64,000 nt of DNA from contig CAZAPM010000011.1 of assembly GCA_964487475.1 (NCBI GenBank), positions 3,167 through 67,166 of the forward strand. Direction: 5' to 3'. This DNA comes from an uncultured Planctomycetales bacterium (GTDB lineage: Bacteria; Omnitrophota; Gorgyraeia; Gygaellales; Profunditerraquicolaceae). The position numbers and the translations under genes are program-made. Positions 47,013 to 56,347 of this stretch are shown piece after piece; positions within the stretch are counted from its first letter, which is position 1; the number at the start of each line of letters is the position of its first letter. The notes beneath the pieces are model-generated. The model ran no database searches, was not told the origin of the DNA, and was given only the letters and a program-made list of their open reading frames with translations.

Positions 47013-47821
47013 TGAACAAGATCGTCATGGTGCGTTTGCGCGATTCGGGATCGGTATTCTCGTATAACGCCTCGGGTTTCGAGTGCAAAGAAGGCGATTT
47101 CGTGATCGTGGAACACGACCGCGGGCTGGATTACGGCCAGATCGTATCCCCTAAGGGCAAGCCCTGCAGCGGGGAGTGCCAGGGGAAGGAATCCGCCAAA
47201 AAGCTGGTGCGCCTGGCCAATGCCGCCGATCTCAAGCAGGTGGAGGATGCCCGGGCCAAGGCTAAAGAAGCGTTCGTTTCCTGCGAGAAGAAGATCCAGG
47301 AGCACAAGCTGGACATGAAACTGGTGCATGCGGAGTATTCCTTTGACCGTTCCAAGATCGTGTTCTATTTCACCGCGTCGGGCAGGGTGGATTTCCGGGA
47401 GCTGGTCAAGGACCTGGCCAAGATCTTCAAGGCCCGCATCGAACTGCGCCAGATCGGCGTGCGCGACGAGGCCAAGCTCTTCGGCGGGTTCGGTTCCTGC
47501 GGCCGGGAACTGTGCTGCACCCGTTTTTTGACCGATTTCGAGCCGGTGACCATCAAGATGGCTAAGGAGGAGGGCCTGCCTTTGAACCCTCCCAAGATCT
47601 CCGGGCTTTGCGGCAGGCTGATGTGCTGCCTGAATTTCGAGTATGAGACGTACAAGTCGCTTTCCAAGGGCCTGCCCCGGGAGGGCGAACACGTGCATAT
47701 CCCCCAGGGCAAGGGCAAGGTCGTCGGGGTCAACGTCTTCAAGCGCTGCGCCCAGGTGCAGATGGAGGACGGCACGGTGATAGAGGTTTCCTACAAGGAA
47801 AAGCAGGGGGATGGCAAATAG
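47012..47821 (+). CDS. ricT: PSP1-domain protein RicT/YaaT homolog.
   Basis: PSP1 C-terminal domain with Cys-rich motifs (GSCGRELCCTRFL; CGRLMCCLNF). The tmk-holB-yaaT order is the same as in Bacillus. Confidence 0.7.
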   Translation: MNKIVMVRLRDSGSVFSYNASGFECKEGDFVIVEHDRGLDYGQIVSPKGKPCSGECQGKESAKKLVRLANAADLKQVEDARAKAKEAFVSCEKKIQEHKLDMKLVHAEYSFDRSKIVFYFTASGRVDFRELVKDLAKIFKARIELRQIGVRDEAKLFGGFGSCGRELCCTRFLTDFEPVTIKMAKEEGLPLNPPKISGLCGRLMCCLNFEYETYKSLSKGLPREGEHVHIPQGKGKVVGVNVFKRCAQVQMEDGTVIEVSYKEKQGDGK

Positions 47822-48593
47822 CGAGGTTCCGGTCTTTATCGACACTCATGCGCACCTGGATTTTCCCGAGTTCTCTTCCGACCGGGATGCGGTGCTGGGG
47901 GCGGCGCACGCCGCGGGAGTGGCGGGGATCATTAACGTCGGGGCCAGCATAAGGACTTCGCAGGAAGGGGTGGCGCTGGCGCAGCGCTGTCCCAGGGTGT
48001 GGGCGGCGGTGGGAGTGCACCCGCACGATGCCGACAGGGAAGGGGAATCCGCCCGCGCGCACATCGAGCCGTTATGCCGCGAGGAAAAAGTGGTGGCGGT
48101 CGGCGAGATCGGCCTGGATTATTACAAGAATTTTTCCCAGTCCGCCAATCAGCGGGCGTTGTTCCGTGAAATGCTTTCCCTGTCCAAGGCGCAGGGGCTT
48201 CCGGTCGTGCTGCACAGCCGGCAGGCGCAGGAGGATACCCTGGCGATCTGCCGCGAGTTCATGCCTTTCGAGGCGGTGGTGCATTGTTTCTCCGGAGATC
48301 AGGATTTCCTCGAGCAGTGCCTGGGACTGGGGTTCCATGTCTCTTTTACCGCCAATATCACCTACAAAAAAGCCGCCGCGCTGCGCGCGCTGGTGGCGGC
48401 AGCGCCCCTGGACCGTATCATGCTGGAGACGGATTGCCCGTACCTTTCTCCCGAGGGCCGGCGGGGCAGGAGGAACGAGCCTTCTCTGGTGGTCGAGGTT
48501 GCCCGCTGCGTGGCCAGGGAAAGAAGGATATCCCTGGAGGAAGTGGCTGCGGCGACGACCGCCAATGCACGGAGGTTCTTTCGCCTTCCATGA
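47811..48593 (+). CDS. tatD: TatD-family metal-dependent hydrolase (DNase).
   Basis: FIDTHAHLDFPEF N-terminal motif and a TIM-barrel metal-ligand pattern. Confidence 0.8.
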   Translation: MANSEVPVFIDTHAHLDFPEFSSDRDAVLGAAHAAGVAGIINVGASIRTSQEGVALAQRCPRVWAAVGVHPHDADREGESARAHIEPLCREEKVVAVGEIGLDYYKNFSQSANQRALFREMLSLSKAQGLPVVLHSRQAQEDTLAICREFMPFEAVVHCFSGDQDFLEQCLGLGFHVSFTANITYKKAAALRALVAAAPLDRIMLETDCPYLSPEGRRGRRNEPSLVVEVARCVARERRISLEEVAAATTANARRFFRLP

Positions 48594-49717
48594 GCGCGCC
48601 TAAAGTATCCCTGGTAGCGTGCGGATCATACGAGCCGGCGCTGGTGCACGCCAAGGTCGCCGAAGCGCTTTCCCTGATCGGCGGGCTTTCGTCCTGTATC
48701 GGAAAGAATTCCCGGGTGCTGGTCAAACCGAACCTGCTTATGGCCCGGCCCCCCGAGTCGGGGATCGTGACCCACGTCGAAGTGACCCGGGCGGTGGTGC
48801 GGGCGCTGAAGGCGCACGGCTGCACGGTGCTGGTGGGGGACGGCCCAAGCGCCTGGGGCACGGAAAGCGGCAACATCGAGCGGGTCTATGAAGTGACGCA
48901 GACCGCGCGGCTGTGCCGGGAGGAAGGGGTCTCCCTGGTTACATTCGAGAAACACCGCTGGCGGGGGAAATTCCCCCTGGCGGCGGTGCTCGACGAAGTG
49001 GATCACGTGGTGACCGTCTGCAAGCTTAAGACCCACGGGATCGCCACCATGACCGCGGCGGTCAAGAATCTTTACGGGCTGCTTTCCAGCGTGTATAAGG
49101 CGGAGATGCATAAGGCGCACGTGCGGCGCGAGGATTTCGCTGCGCTGGTGATCGAGATACTGAAGGAAGCGAGGCCTTCCCTTGCGGTGTGCGACGCGGT
49201 GACGGCGATGGAAGGGGAAGGCCCGGGTACCAGCGGAACGCTCCGGCATCTGGGGCTGGTGGCGGCGTCTTCGGATGCGCTGGCGCTGGATTACGTGCTG
49301 GCTGCGGTGATGGGGATCGATCCGATGACGGTCACTACCAATAAGGCGGCCCGGGAGCAGGGGATGGGGTACGCCAGCCTCGGAGAGATCGAGCTCGCCG
49401 GGGAACCTTTGGAGAAGGCGGCAGCCAGTCCGGCGTTCAAGCTTCCCGCGGGTTCTTCGCTGCGCCGCAACATCCCCCAGCCGTTGATCGCGCTGGCGAG
49501 GAGACTGCTGACTTTCAAGCCGGTGTTCCTGCACCGTGTCTGCGTGCGCTGCGGGGTGTGCAGCCGGGCCTGTCCGAAAAAGGTCATTACGCTGCACCAG
49601 GGCAGGATGCGCATCGATTACCGGGGTTGCATACGGTGTTTCTGCTGCCAGGAATCATGTCCGCATGCGGCGATCCGCATCGATAAGAGCCTGCTGGCAA
49701 GAGTGATGGGATTGTGA
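48590..49717 (+). CDS. DUF362-domain protein with a C-terminal 2x[4Fe-4S] ferredoxin domain.
   Basis: C-terminal CVRCGVCSRACP...CIRCFCCQESCP. ATG 48590 overlaps the tatD stop (ATGA). The ORF-track start 48284 lies inside tatD. Confidence 0.6.
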   Translation: MSAPKVSLVACGSYEPALVHAKVAEALSLIGGLSSCIGKNSRVLVKPNLLMARPPESGIVTHVEVTRAVVRALKAHGCTVLVGDGPSAWGTESGNIERVYEVTQTARLCREEGVSLVTFEKHRWRGKFPLAAVLDEVDHVVTVCKLKTHGIATMTAAVKNLYGLLSSVYKAEMHKAHVRREDFAALVIEILKEARPSLAVCDAVTAMEGEGPGTSGTLRHLGLVAASSDALALDYVLAAVMGIDPMTVTTNKAAREQGMGYASLGEIELAGEPLEKAAASPAFKLPAGSSLRRNIPQPLIALARRLLTFKPVFLHRVCVRCGVCSRACPKKVITLHQGRMRIDYRGCIRCFCCQESCPHAAIRIDKSLLARVMGL

Positions 49718-49731
49718 GGAAAGGGGCGGGG

Positions 49732-50757
49732 ATGTATACGATACGCTGGTATAGGGGAGCGGTCAGGATCATCGATCAGACGTTGTTGCCCGGGAAGCTC
49801 AAATATCTCGATCTGCGCACCGTCCCCGCGTTATGCGAAGCGATCAAGACCCTGCGGGTCAGGGGAGCTCCGGCGCTGGGTGCGGCCGCGGCGCTGGGGG
49901 TGTACCTGGGGGTTAAGGATTTTCGCGGGAGCACTGCCGCGTTCCTGCGGCGGATGGACGAGGTCGCGCGAACCATCGGCGCGTCCCGGCCGACGGCCAG
50001 GAATCTTTTCTGGGGTTTGGAGCGGATGCGGCAAGCGGCAGCCGCGCAGCGCGTTGCGCCGCTGGCGAAACTTAAAGGGGCGCTGCTGCAATGCGCCTTG
50101 GACGCCGTCGAGGAGGACCGTCGGGTCTGCCGGAGGATGGGGGAGCACGGCCAGGCGCTTTTGCGCGACCATGCGACGGTCCTTACCGTATGCAACGCCG
50201 GAGCGCTGGCGACGATCGATTACGGCACGGCGCTGGGTGTGCTGTACGCGGCCAAGGCCAGGGGCAAGCGTCTCAAGGTGTTCGCCTGCGAGACCAGGCC
50301 GCTGCTGCAGGGGGCGAGGCTTACCACCTGGGAACTCATGCGCGCCCGCATCCCGGTGACTTTGATCTGCGACAATATGGCGGCTTCTCTGATGGGCAAG
50401 GGCGGGATCGACGCGGTGATCACGGGAGCGGACCGGATCGCGGCCAACGGGGATACGGCGAACAAAGTGGGGACGTACATGCTCGCGGTGCTGGCGAAGT
50501 ATCACGGCATCCCTTTTTACGTCGCGGCTCCCCGTTCGACCTTCGATCCCCGGCTGGAGGACGGCACCCGGATACCGATAGAGGAACGCAGCCCGCAGGA
50601 GGTCACCACGTTGCATTTTGTGAAGCCGTCGGCGCCCCGGGGGGTGCGGGTGTACAATCCCGCATTCGATGTGACTGCGCACGGGCTGATCACGGCGTTC
50701 ATCACGGAAGACGGGGTGATCCGGCCCCCGTTCAAGAAGTATATCTCTACACTATAG
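49732..50757 (+). CDS. mtnA: S-methyl-5-thioribose-1-phosphate isomerase (eIF-2B alpha/beta/delta family).
   Basis: MYTIRWYRGAVRIIDQTLLP N-terminus and an IF-2B family core (~340 aa). ATG 49732 is preceded by GAGGAAAGGGG. Confidence 0.75.
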   Translation: MYTIRWYRGAVRIIDQTLLPGKLKYLDLRTVPALCEAIKTLRVRGAPALGAAAALGVYLGVKDFRGSTAAFLRRMDEVARTIGASRPTARNLFWGLERMRQAAAAQRVAPLAKLKGALLQCALDAVEEDRRVCRRMGEHGQALLRDHATVLTVCNAGALATIDYGTALGVLYAAKARGKRLKVFACETRPLLQGARLTTWELMRARIPVTLICDNMAASLMGKGGIDAVITGADRIAANGDTANKVGTYMLAVLAKYHGIPFYVAAPRSTFDPRLEDGTRIPIEERSPQEVTTLHFVKPSAPRGVRVYNPAFDVTAHGLITAFITEDGVIRPPFKKYISTL

Positions 50758-50761
50758 GGAT

Positions 50762-51658
50762 ATGTCTCTGGCAGGATTGGGGGAGTTCGGGTTCATTGCG
50801 CAGGTCCGCAGGAAGCTTAAGACCGACAGGACGGTCGCGGTCGGCTCCGGGGATGACTGCGCGGCGGTGGAGTACGATCGCCGGAGGTATCTGCTCCTTA
50901 CCTGTGACCTCCTGGTCGAAGACGTGGATTTCCGCCGGCGGGACGATCCCGCGCTGATCGGACGCAAAGCCGTGGCGGTCTCCTTAAGCGATATTGCCGC
51001 CTGCGGCGGAGTGCCGAAGTGGGCGCTGGTCTCTCTGGGGCTGCCCCGAGGCATTCCCCTGGCGTACGCCCGGACACTGGCCGCAGGGATGATCCGGGTC
51101 GCCGACCGCTATTCCCTGCGGATCGTCGGAGGGGATATGAGCCGGTCGGATAAGATCGTCATCGATGTGAGCATGGCGGGGCTGGTCGAGAAAAAGAGGC
51201 TGGCGCTGCGAAGCGGCGCCCGGCCGGGGGATGTGATCATGGTCACCGGTTCGGTGGGCGGCTCGATCAGGGGTAAGCATCTGACGTTCACCCCCCGGGT
51301 GAAAGAATCCCGGCAGCTGGTCACGCGCTACCGGGTGCACTCCATGATCGACATATCCGACGGGCTGGCGCAGGACTTAGGCCACATCGCGCGGCAAAGC
51401 GGGGTAGGGGCAGTGCTTTACGGGGAACGTATCCCCCTGGCGCGCGGCGGCGGCAGTCTGGAAGAGGCTTTGTGCGCGGGAGAGGATTTCGAACTGCTTT
51501 TTACCGTATCGGCACGCGAGGCGGAAAGGATCGCCCGGGACCGTACGGTCAACGCGCGGGCCATAGGCGAGATCGTGGAGAAGCGCCGGGGGATGTCCCT
51601 GGTCGGGGCTTCCGGGAAAGTGCGCCGGCTTTTGGCGCGGGGGTACAGGCATTTCTGA
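50762..51658 (+). CDS. thiL: Thiamine-monophosphate kinase.
   Basis: GEFGFIAQV...GDDCAAV...LLTCDLLVEDVDF is the AIR-synthase-related ThiL N-terminus. Confidence 0.75.
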   Translation: MSLAGLGEFGFIAQVRRKLKTDRTVAVGSGDDCAAVEYDRRRYLLLTCDLLVEDVDFRRRDDPALIGRKAVAVSLSDIAACGGVPKWALVSLGLPRGIPLAYARTLAAGMIRVADRYSLRIVGGDMSRSDKIVIDVSMAGLVEKKRLALRSGARPGDVIMVTGSVGGSIRGKHLTFTPRVKESRQLVTRYRVHSMIDISDGLAQDLGHIARQSGVGAVLYGERIPLARGGGSLEEALCAGEDFELLFTVSAREAERIARDRTVNARAIGEIVEKRRGMSLVGASGKVRRLLARGYRHF

Positions 51659-51659
51659 T

Positions 51660-52145
51660 ATGGAGCGCAAGATATCTCATTCCGTACGCGAAACGATGCA
51701 GGCGGGGGCGGCGCTTTCACGCTGTCTTAAGCCGGGTGATATCGTCTGCCTTTTCGGCGGATTCGGCGCGGGAAAGACCGTGTTCACCAAGGGGCTCGCG
51801 CAGGGGCTGGGGATCGACCCCCGGGAGGTGGTCAGTCCGTCCTTCGTGCTGATCCGGCTCTATGAAAAAGGAAGGCTTCCGCTGGCGCACTTCGATCTTT
51901 ACCGGCTGGAGAAAACCGAGGATATCTTGGCGCTGGGTGCGGAGGAGTATCTCTACGGGGGGGGAGTATCGGTGATCGAGTGGCCGCAGCACTTCGGCGC
52001 ACTGCTCCCGGAGGAGCGCCTGGAGGTGCACATCGAAGCAGTCCCTTCCGCTTCCGCGCACCGCAGGCTGTGCCTGCGTTCTTTCGGTAAGCGTTTTTCA
52101 GGACGGATCGGGTGCGTGTTCTCCCACCATAAGGATCGGGGGTAA
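51660..52145 (+). CDS. tsaE: tRNA threonylcarbamoyladenosine biosynthesis protein TsaE.
   Basis: GGFGAGKTVFTKGLAQGL P-loop of the YjeE/TsaE family; 161 aa. Confidence 0.8.
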   Translation: MERKISHSVRETMQAGAALSRCLKPGDIVCLFGGFGAGKTVFTKGLAQGLGIDPREVVSPSFVLIRLYEKGRLPLAHFDLYRLEKTEDILALGAEEYLYGGGVSVIEWPQHFGALLPEERLEVHIEAVPSASAHRRLCLRSFGKRFSGRIGCVFSHHKDRG

Positions 52146-52151
52146 AGGTCT

Positions 52152-53393
52152 ATGGCGGGGATGCTCAAGCGGGTGTTCGGCTGGGGGGTGATCTTCCTGA
52201 TCGGCGCGGTCGGCGCGGTCGTGCTTGCCGACCTATATTTCAACTTCCGTTCCGGGATGCTGACCGGTACCAATGTGCGCAGCGTATTGGGGCCTGATGA
52301 CGAGATCGGATATGACTTAAAGCCCAACATGTCCTGCTGCCGCATGCAGATGATGGGGGGTAATTTCTTCAAGACCTGGACGAATGAGCTGGGATGTTTT
52401 GACCGGCCGTATGAGGGGGAGAAGGAGTATATCCTGTTGATGGGGGATAGTTATACCTGGGCGTGGGATTCCTTCGAGAATAAATTCGGCACGCAGCTGG
52501 AAGCACACCTGGGGATGCGGGTGCTCAAGTGCGGGGTGCCCGGATTCGGTACGAAGCAGGAGCTGATCAAGGCCCGCAGGATTCTCTCCCGGCTGCCGTA
52601 TCCTCCCCGTCTGATCGTGGTGGCGTACTTCGTCAGCAATGACGCGCGCGACGATTATGTGTTCCCGAACAATGCCGTGGTGGACGGGATCCTGGTGGAG
52701 GCGAATGATAAGGAGTATAATCGGCCCGGCGGCAACAGGGTCCCTTTAGAGGCGATGAGGGCCGAGGCCAGGCTTTCCAACTCGCTCATCCCTCCGTGGG
52801 GGAACCAGACCCTGTTCAAAAGATGGCTTGCCGCGCACTCGCCGGTGTTCCGGGCTTTGCAGGACCAGGACGGGCTGCGTTCCTTCGTCTCCCGCTTCGG
52901 GGTATGCGCCCCGCAGGCGAAGCATACGCCTTCGGATCTTTTTTTCACCGAGGAGGAAAGCCCGTACCTTAAGGACGTATGGGAGCGTCATTATGAGAAT
53001 GTGCGGGCTTTTGCCGAGCTGGCGCGCGAACAGAAAGCGTCGATCGCGTTCATGGTGATCCCTGCCATGGAGGAGATGTACCCGTTTTTATGTCCGGAAG
53101 GCTTTGCCTGCGAGGAGCCGCATGCGCATATCACGAAATTCCTGGCTGAGGAGGGTATCCCCTACCTTGATCTCAAGCCGTTAATGCGCGGTTTTTCCGA
53201 CCAGACTCCCCGCCCGAGGCTGCATCCCGAGAAGGACTTGTGCTGGCCGGTCGACGGCCATTTCAATAAGAACGGGGATCATCTGGCCGGACTTCTTCTC
53301 GCGCAGTACCTGATGAGGGAGCGGCTGGTCTCCGTGCCGCAGCAGGACGAGAAACTGCGGCAGGTGCAGGAGAAACTGGAGCGGTTACGATGA
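52152..53393 (+). CDS. Membrane-anchored SGNH/GDSL-type hydrolase.
   Basis: N-terminal TM segment, block I LLMGDSYTW, GxND-like VSNDARDD and block V DGHFNKNG (DxxH). Inserted between tsaE and tsaB. Confidence 0.55.
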   Translation: MAGMLKRVFGWGVIFLIGAVGAVVLADLYFNFRSGMLTGTNVRSVLGPDDEIGYDLKPNMSCCRMQMMGGNFFKTWTNELGCFDRPYEGEKEYILLMGDSYTWAWDSFENKFGTQLEAHLGMRVLKCGVPGFGTKQELIKARRILSRLPYPPRLIVVAYFVSNDARDDYVFPNNAVVDGILVEANDKEYNRPGGNRVPLEAMRAEARLSNSLIPPWGNQTLFKRWLAAHSPVFRALQDQDGLRSFVSRFGVCAPQAKHTPSDLFFTEEESPYLKDVWERHYENVRAFAELAREQKASIAFMVIPAMEEMYPFLCPEGFACEEPHAHITKFLAEEGIPYLDLKPLMRGFSDQTPRPRLHPEKDLCWPVDGHFNKNGDHLAGLLLAQYLMRERLVSVPQQDEKLRQVQEKLERLR

Positions 53394-54091
53394 GGATACT
53401 GGGGATCGAGACGACCACCGGCAGGATGATCGTTGCGGTGTGGGACGGTCTGAAGCGTCGCAGCGGATTGTATACCCTCAATGCCGGGACCAGGCACGCC
53501 GAATTGCTGCCGCAGACGGTTTCGCGGGTGCTCTCGGCAATGGGCCTTTCTTTGAGGGATATCGATTGCTTCGCCGCGGGGATCGGGCCGGGTTCCTTTA
53601 CCGGGATACGCATCGGTCTGGCCGCGGTAAAAGGATATGCGCTCGGATGCGGACGTCCGGCGGCGGGGGTGAATTCCCTGGAGGTCCTGGCCCGGGCCGC
53701 GCAGGCCAGGGGATCGGCCGCAGGGGAGATGATCGTCCCGGTGCTGGATGCCCGCCGGGGATTGGTGTATTCCTCCGGATATAAGGTCCGGGCGGGGAAA
53801 CTTTCCTGCCTCTGGCCGGTCTGCCTGAGCACTCCCGAGGAGCTCTCGGCGAGGATCAAGGGCCCGTGCGTGCTCTGCGGGGACGGGTTAGCGCTCTACG
53901 CAGAGGCGCTGGTCAAGGGACATAAGGGAGTGTATGCGTTGGATAAGGATTACTGGTATCCGGAAGCGTTCTGGTTCCTGGAGTGCGCCAAGGAGCGGGC
54001 TGCGGCGGGCGAGACGCACTCTGCCGCCGGGATCAAGGCGTTGTACGTATACCCTAAGGATTGTCAGGTGAGGCCACATGCGAAAAGATAA
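53390..54091 (+). CDS. tsaB: tRNA threonylcarbamoyladenosine biosynthesis protein TsaB.
   Basis: MRILGIETTTGRMIVAVWDG N-terminus of the inactive Kae1/YeaZ-fold protein; 233 aa. Confidence 0.75.
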   Translation: MRILGIETTTGRMIVAVWDGLKRRSGLYTLNAGTRHAELLPQTVSRVLSAMGLSLRDIDCFAAGIGPGSFTGIRIGLAAVKGYALGCGRPAAGVNSLEVLARAAQARGSAAGEMIVPVLDARRGLVYSSGYKVRAGKLSCLWPVCLSTPEELSARIKGPCVLCGDGLALYAEALVKGHKGVYALDKDYWYPEAFWFLECAKERAAAGETHSAAGIKALYVYPKDCQVRPHAKR

Positions 54092-55274
54092 CATTATCGG
54101 ATACCGCCCCACGTGGGCGGAGGTCAATCTCGGGAACCTGGCGTACAACATCCGGCAGGTGCGCAAGTTGCTGCAGCCGCGCACCAAGATCCTGGTGACC
54201 ATTAAGGCGGATGCGTACGGGCACGGGCTCATCCCGGTGGCCAAAAAGCTCATGGCCTGCGGGGTGGATTATTTCGGGGTCGCTTCCATCGACGAAGGCA
54301 TGGCGTTGCGCCGGGAGGGGGTCGATATCCCGATCCTGGTGATGGGATTGATACTGCCGGAGCATGTGGATCCGCTTTTCAAATACCAGCTTACCCCGAC
54401 CGTCTGTTCCGAGGAGATGGCGCAGGTCCTGCAGCGCAAGGCCCAGCGGCTGCGCACCTTCATCAATGTGCACGTCAAGGTCGACACCGGGATGGCCCGT
54501 ATCGGGATCAAGCATGAAGAGGCATTGCCGCTGCTTAGGCGCATCATGCAGATGAGGCGGGTGCATGTGGAGGGGATCTTCACCCATTTCGCGTTCGCGG
54601 ACATGAACAAAGAATTCACGCTTTACCAGATCGGCCTCTTCGAAGGGCTGCTGCAGGAGCTGCGCCGGGAGGGGATATCCATCCCTCTGGTGCACGCCGC
54701 CAACAGCATGGGGGTGGTGGAGTACCGGCAGGGCCATTTTAACATGGTGCGTCCGGGCCTCGTGGTGTACGGGCTCTACCCTAAGGAGAAGGTCTCCATT
54801 TCCTTAAAGCCGGTCTTAAGTCTCAAGACGAAAGTGGTGTTCGTCAAGCAGGTGCCGGCAGGCCAGGGGATCAGTTACGGGCATACCTACGTGGCTCCCC
54901 GGAAGACCACCATCGTGACGTTGCCCATCGGCTACGGTGACGGGTATCCGCGCAATCTTTCCAACTCCGCGCCGGTGCTCATCCGGGGGAAGCGCTTCAA
55001 GGTGAGCGGGCGCATCTGCATGGACCAGATCATGGTGGATGTGGGCGCGGAAAAGGTGCAGGTGGGGGATGAGGTGGTGCTGATCGGGATCCAGGGGGAG
55101 GAGCGTATCAGTACGGAGGAGCTGGCCGACCTTTCCGGCACCATTCCCTATGAGATCGTCTGCGGTATCGGCAGCCGCGTGCCGAGGGTATACTTCGAGA
55201 ATCCCACCAGGTTCGCCAAGCATTTCAAGCAGTTCAATCCGGAGCTGGATTACGGCAAGGATCTGATCAGGTAG
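54078..55274 (+). CDS. alr: Alanine racemase.
   Basis: RPTWAEVNLGNLAYNIRQV...VTIKADAYGHG contains the PLP-lysine motif region. Confidence 0.85.
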   Translation: MRKDNIIGYRPTWAEVNLGNLAYNIRQVRKLLQPRTKILVTIKADAYGHGLIPVAKKLMACGVDYFGVASIDEGMALRREGVDIPILVMGLILPEHVDPLFKYQLTPTVCSEEMAQVLQRKAQRLRTFINVHVKVDTGMARIGIKHEEALPLLRRIMQMRRVHVEGIFTHFAFADMNKEFTLYQIGLFEGLLQELRREGISIPLVHAANSMGVVEYRQGHFNMVRPGLVVYGLYPKEKVSISLKPVLSLKTKVVFVKQVPAGQGISYGHTYVAPRKTTIVTLPIGYGDGYPRNLSNSAPVLIRGKRFKVSGRICMDQIMVDVGAEKVQVGDEVVLIGIQGEERISTEELADLSGTIPYEIVCGIGSRVPRVYFENPTRFAKHFKQFNPELDYGKDLIR

Positions 55275-56347
55275 AGGCTCGAGGTGATGACCAGGACGTG
55301 GCTGAAGGTGGTCGCGATCCAGGCAGGAAGTATGCCGGCGTATCCCAGCGCCGTGCTGATGGCGTTGATCCCGTAGTAGAGGAACCCTCCGATTATCGAG
55401 ATCCCCAGCGCATAGAGGCCGGTGGCCCTTTTCTTGACCATCAGCGAGAAAGGGATGGCCAGCAGGATGATCACCAGCGGAGTGATGCTGGAGGTGAAGC
55501 GCCGGTACAGCTCGACCTTGAATTTCTGCAGCGTTCCGGTCGCCCCGCTGTCCGAAAGCTTATCGATGTAGCTGCGCAGCTGGTCGATGCTCATCTGTTC
55601 CGGCAGGCGGCGCTGGTGGGAGAATTCCTGGGGCGTCTCGGGTATGGACATGACCTCCTCTTCGAGGTAGACCGGCCCGTTGACCACCAGGCCGTTCTGG
55701 TCCAGTTCCGTGGTCATGCTCTGGAAGAAGACCCACATCCCGTTACGGTACTCTCCCCGGTTGGCCACTACCTTGCGGATGACGTTCTGGTCCGGGTCGT
55801 GCTCCAAAATGTTGATCCCCTCCATGGTCCCGTTGTGCGGGGTGAACCGGTTGACGAAGAAAAGCCGGTTCTTCAGCCCGAACACCGCGAGGTTGAGGAT
55901 CTCCTCCTTTTTCGGCTCCGGCTGCGCATTGCTGCTTTCCATCTGCGCCTTGACCTGCTCCGTGACCGCCATGGAATAGGGCACCAGCTTGTTGTTTACC
56001 AGGAAGTAGAGGATGCTGACGGTCATCCCGAATACCAGCACCACTTTCACCATCTGGTAGATGGAGAGGCCGCTCGCGCGCATGGCGATGACCTCGTTGT
56101 CCCGGTTCAAGTGGGAAAAGGTGATCAGCACTGCCAGCAGGCAGGAGAAGGGGGAGACGTGAACGAAGACCAGGGGCAGGTTAGCCAGATAGTACTGACC
56201 CAGGGTCAGGTAAGGGACCTTCTGCTGGAGTATCTCCTCTAAGTGCGAGAAGATGTCGATGATCACGTAAAGGAACATGAAGGTGAAGAGGCAGACAAGG
56301 AAATACAGGATGATGTTGCGGATGATATAGCGCTCTAGTATGCGCAT
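55250..56347 (-). CDS. lptG: LptF/LptG-family LPS export permease (second of two; LptG-like).
   Basis: MRILERYIIRNIILYFLVCLF is a YjgP/YjgQ family N-terminus. 6 TM segments with a periplasmic beta-jellyroll region. CAT at 56345-56347 is the start. Confidence 0.7.
   Translation of the reverse strand: MRILERYIIRNIILYFLVCLFTFMFLYVIIDIFSHLEEILQQKVPYLTLGQYYLANLPLVFVHVSPFSCLLAVLITFSHLNRDNEVIAMRASGLSIYQMVKVVLVFGMTVSILYFLVNNKLVPYSMAVTEQVKAQMESSNAQPEPKKEEILNLAVFGLKNRLFFVNRFTPHNGTMEGINILEHDPDQNVIRKVVANRGEYRNGMWVFFQSMTTELDQNGLVVNGPVYLEEEVMSIPETPQEFSHQRRLPEQMSIDQLRSYIDKLSDSGATGTLQKFKVELYRRFTSSITPLVIILLAIPFSLMVKKRATGLYALGISIIGGFLYYGINAISTALGYAGILPAWIATTFSHVLVITSSLYLIRSLP

Noticed and set aside
48284-48589. 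N-terminal extension of the DUF362 ORF into tatD.
   Set aside because: The extension is Gly/Arg/Pro-rich and translates the tatD coding region out of frame. ATG 48590 coincides with the tatD stop.
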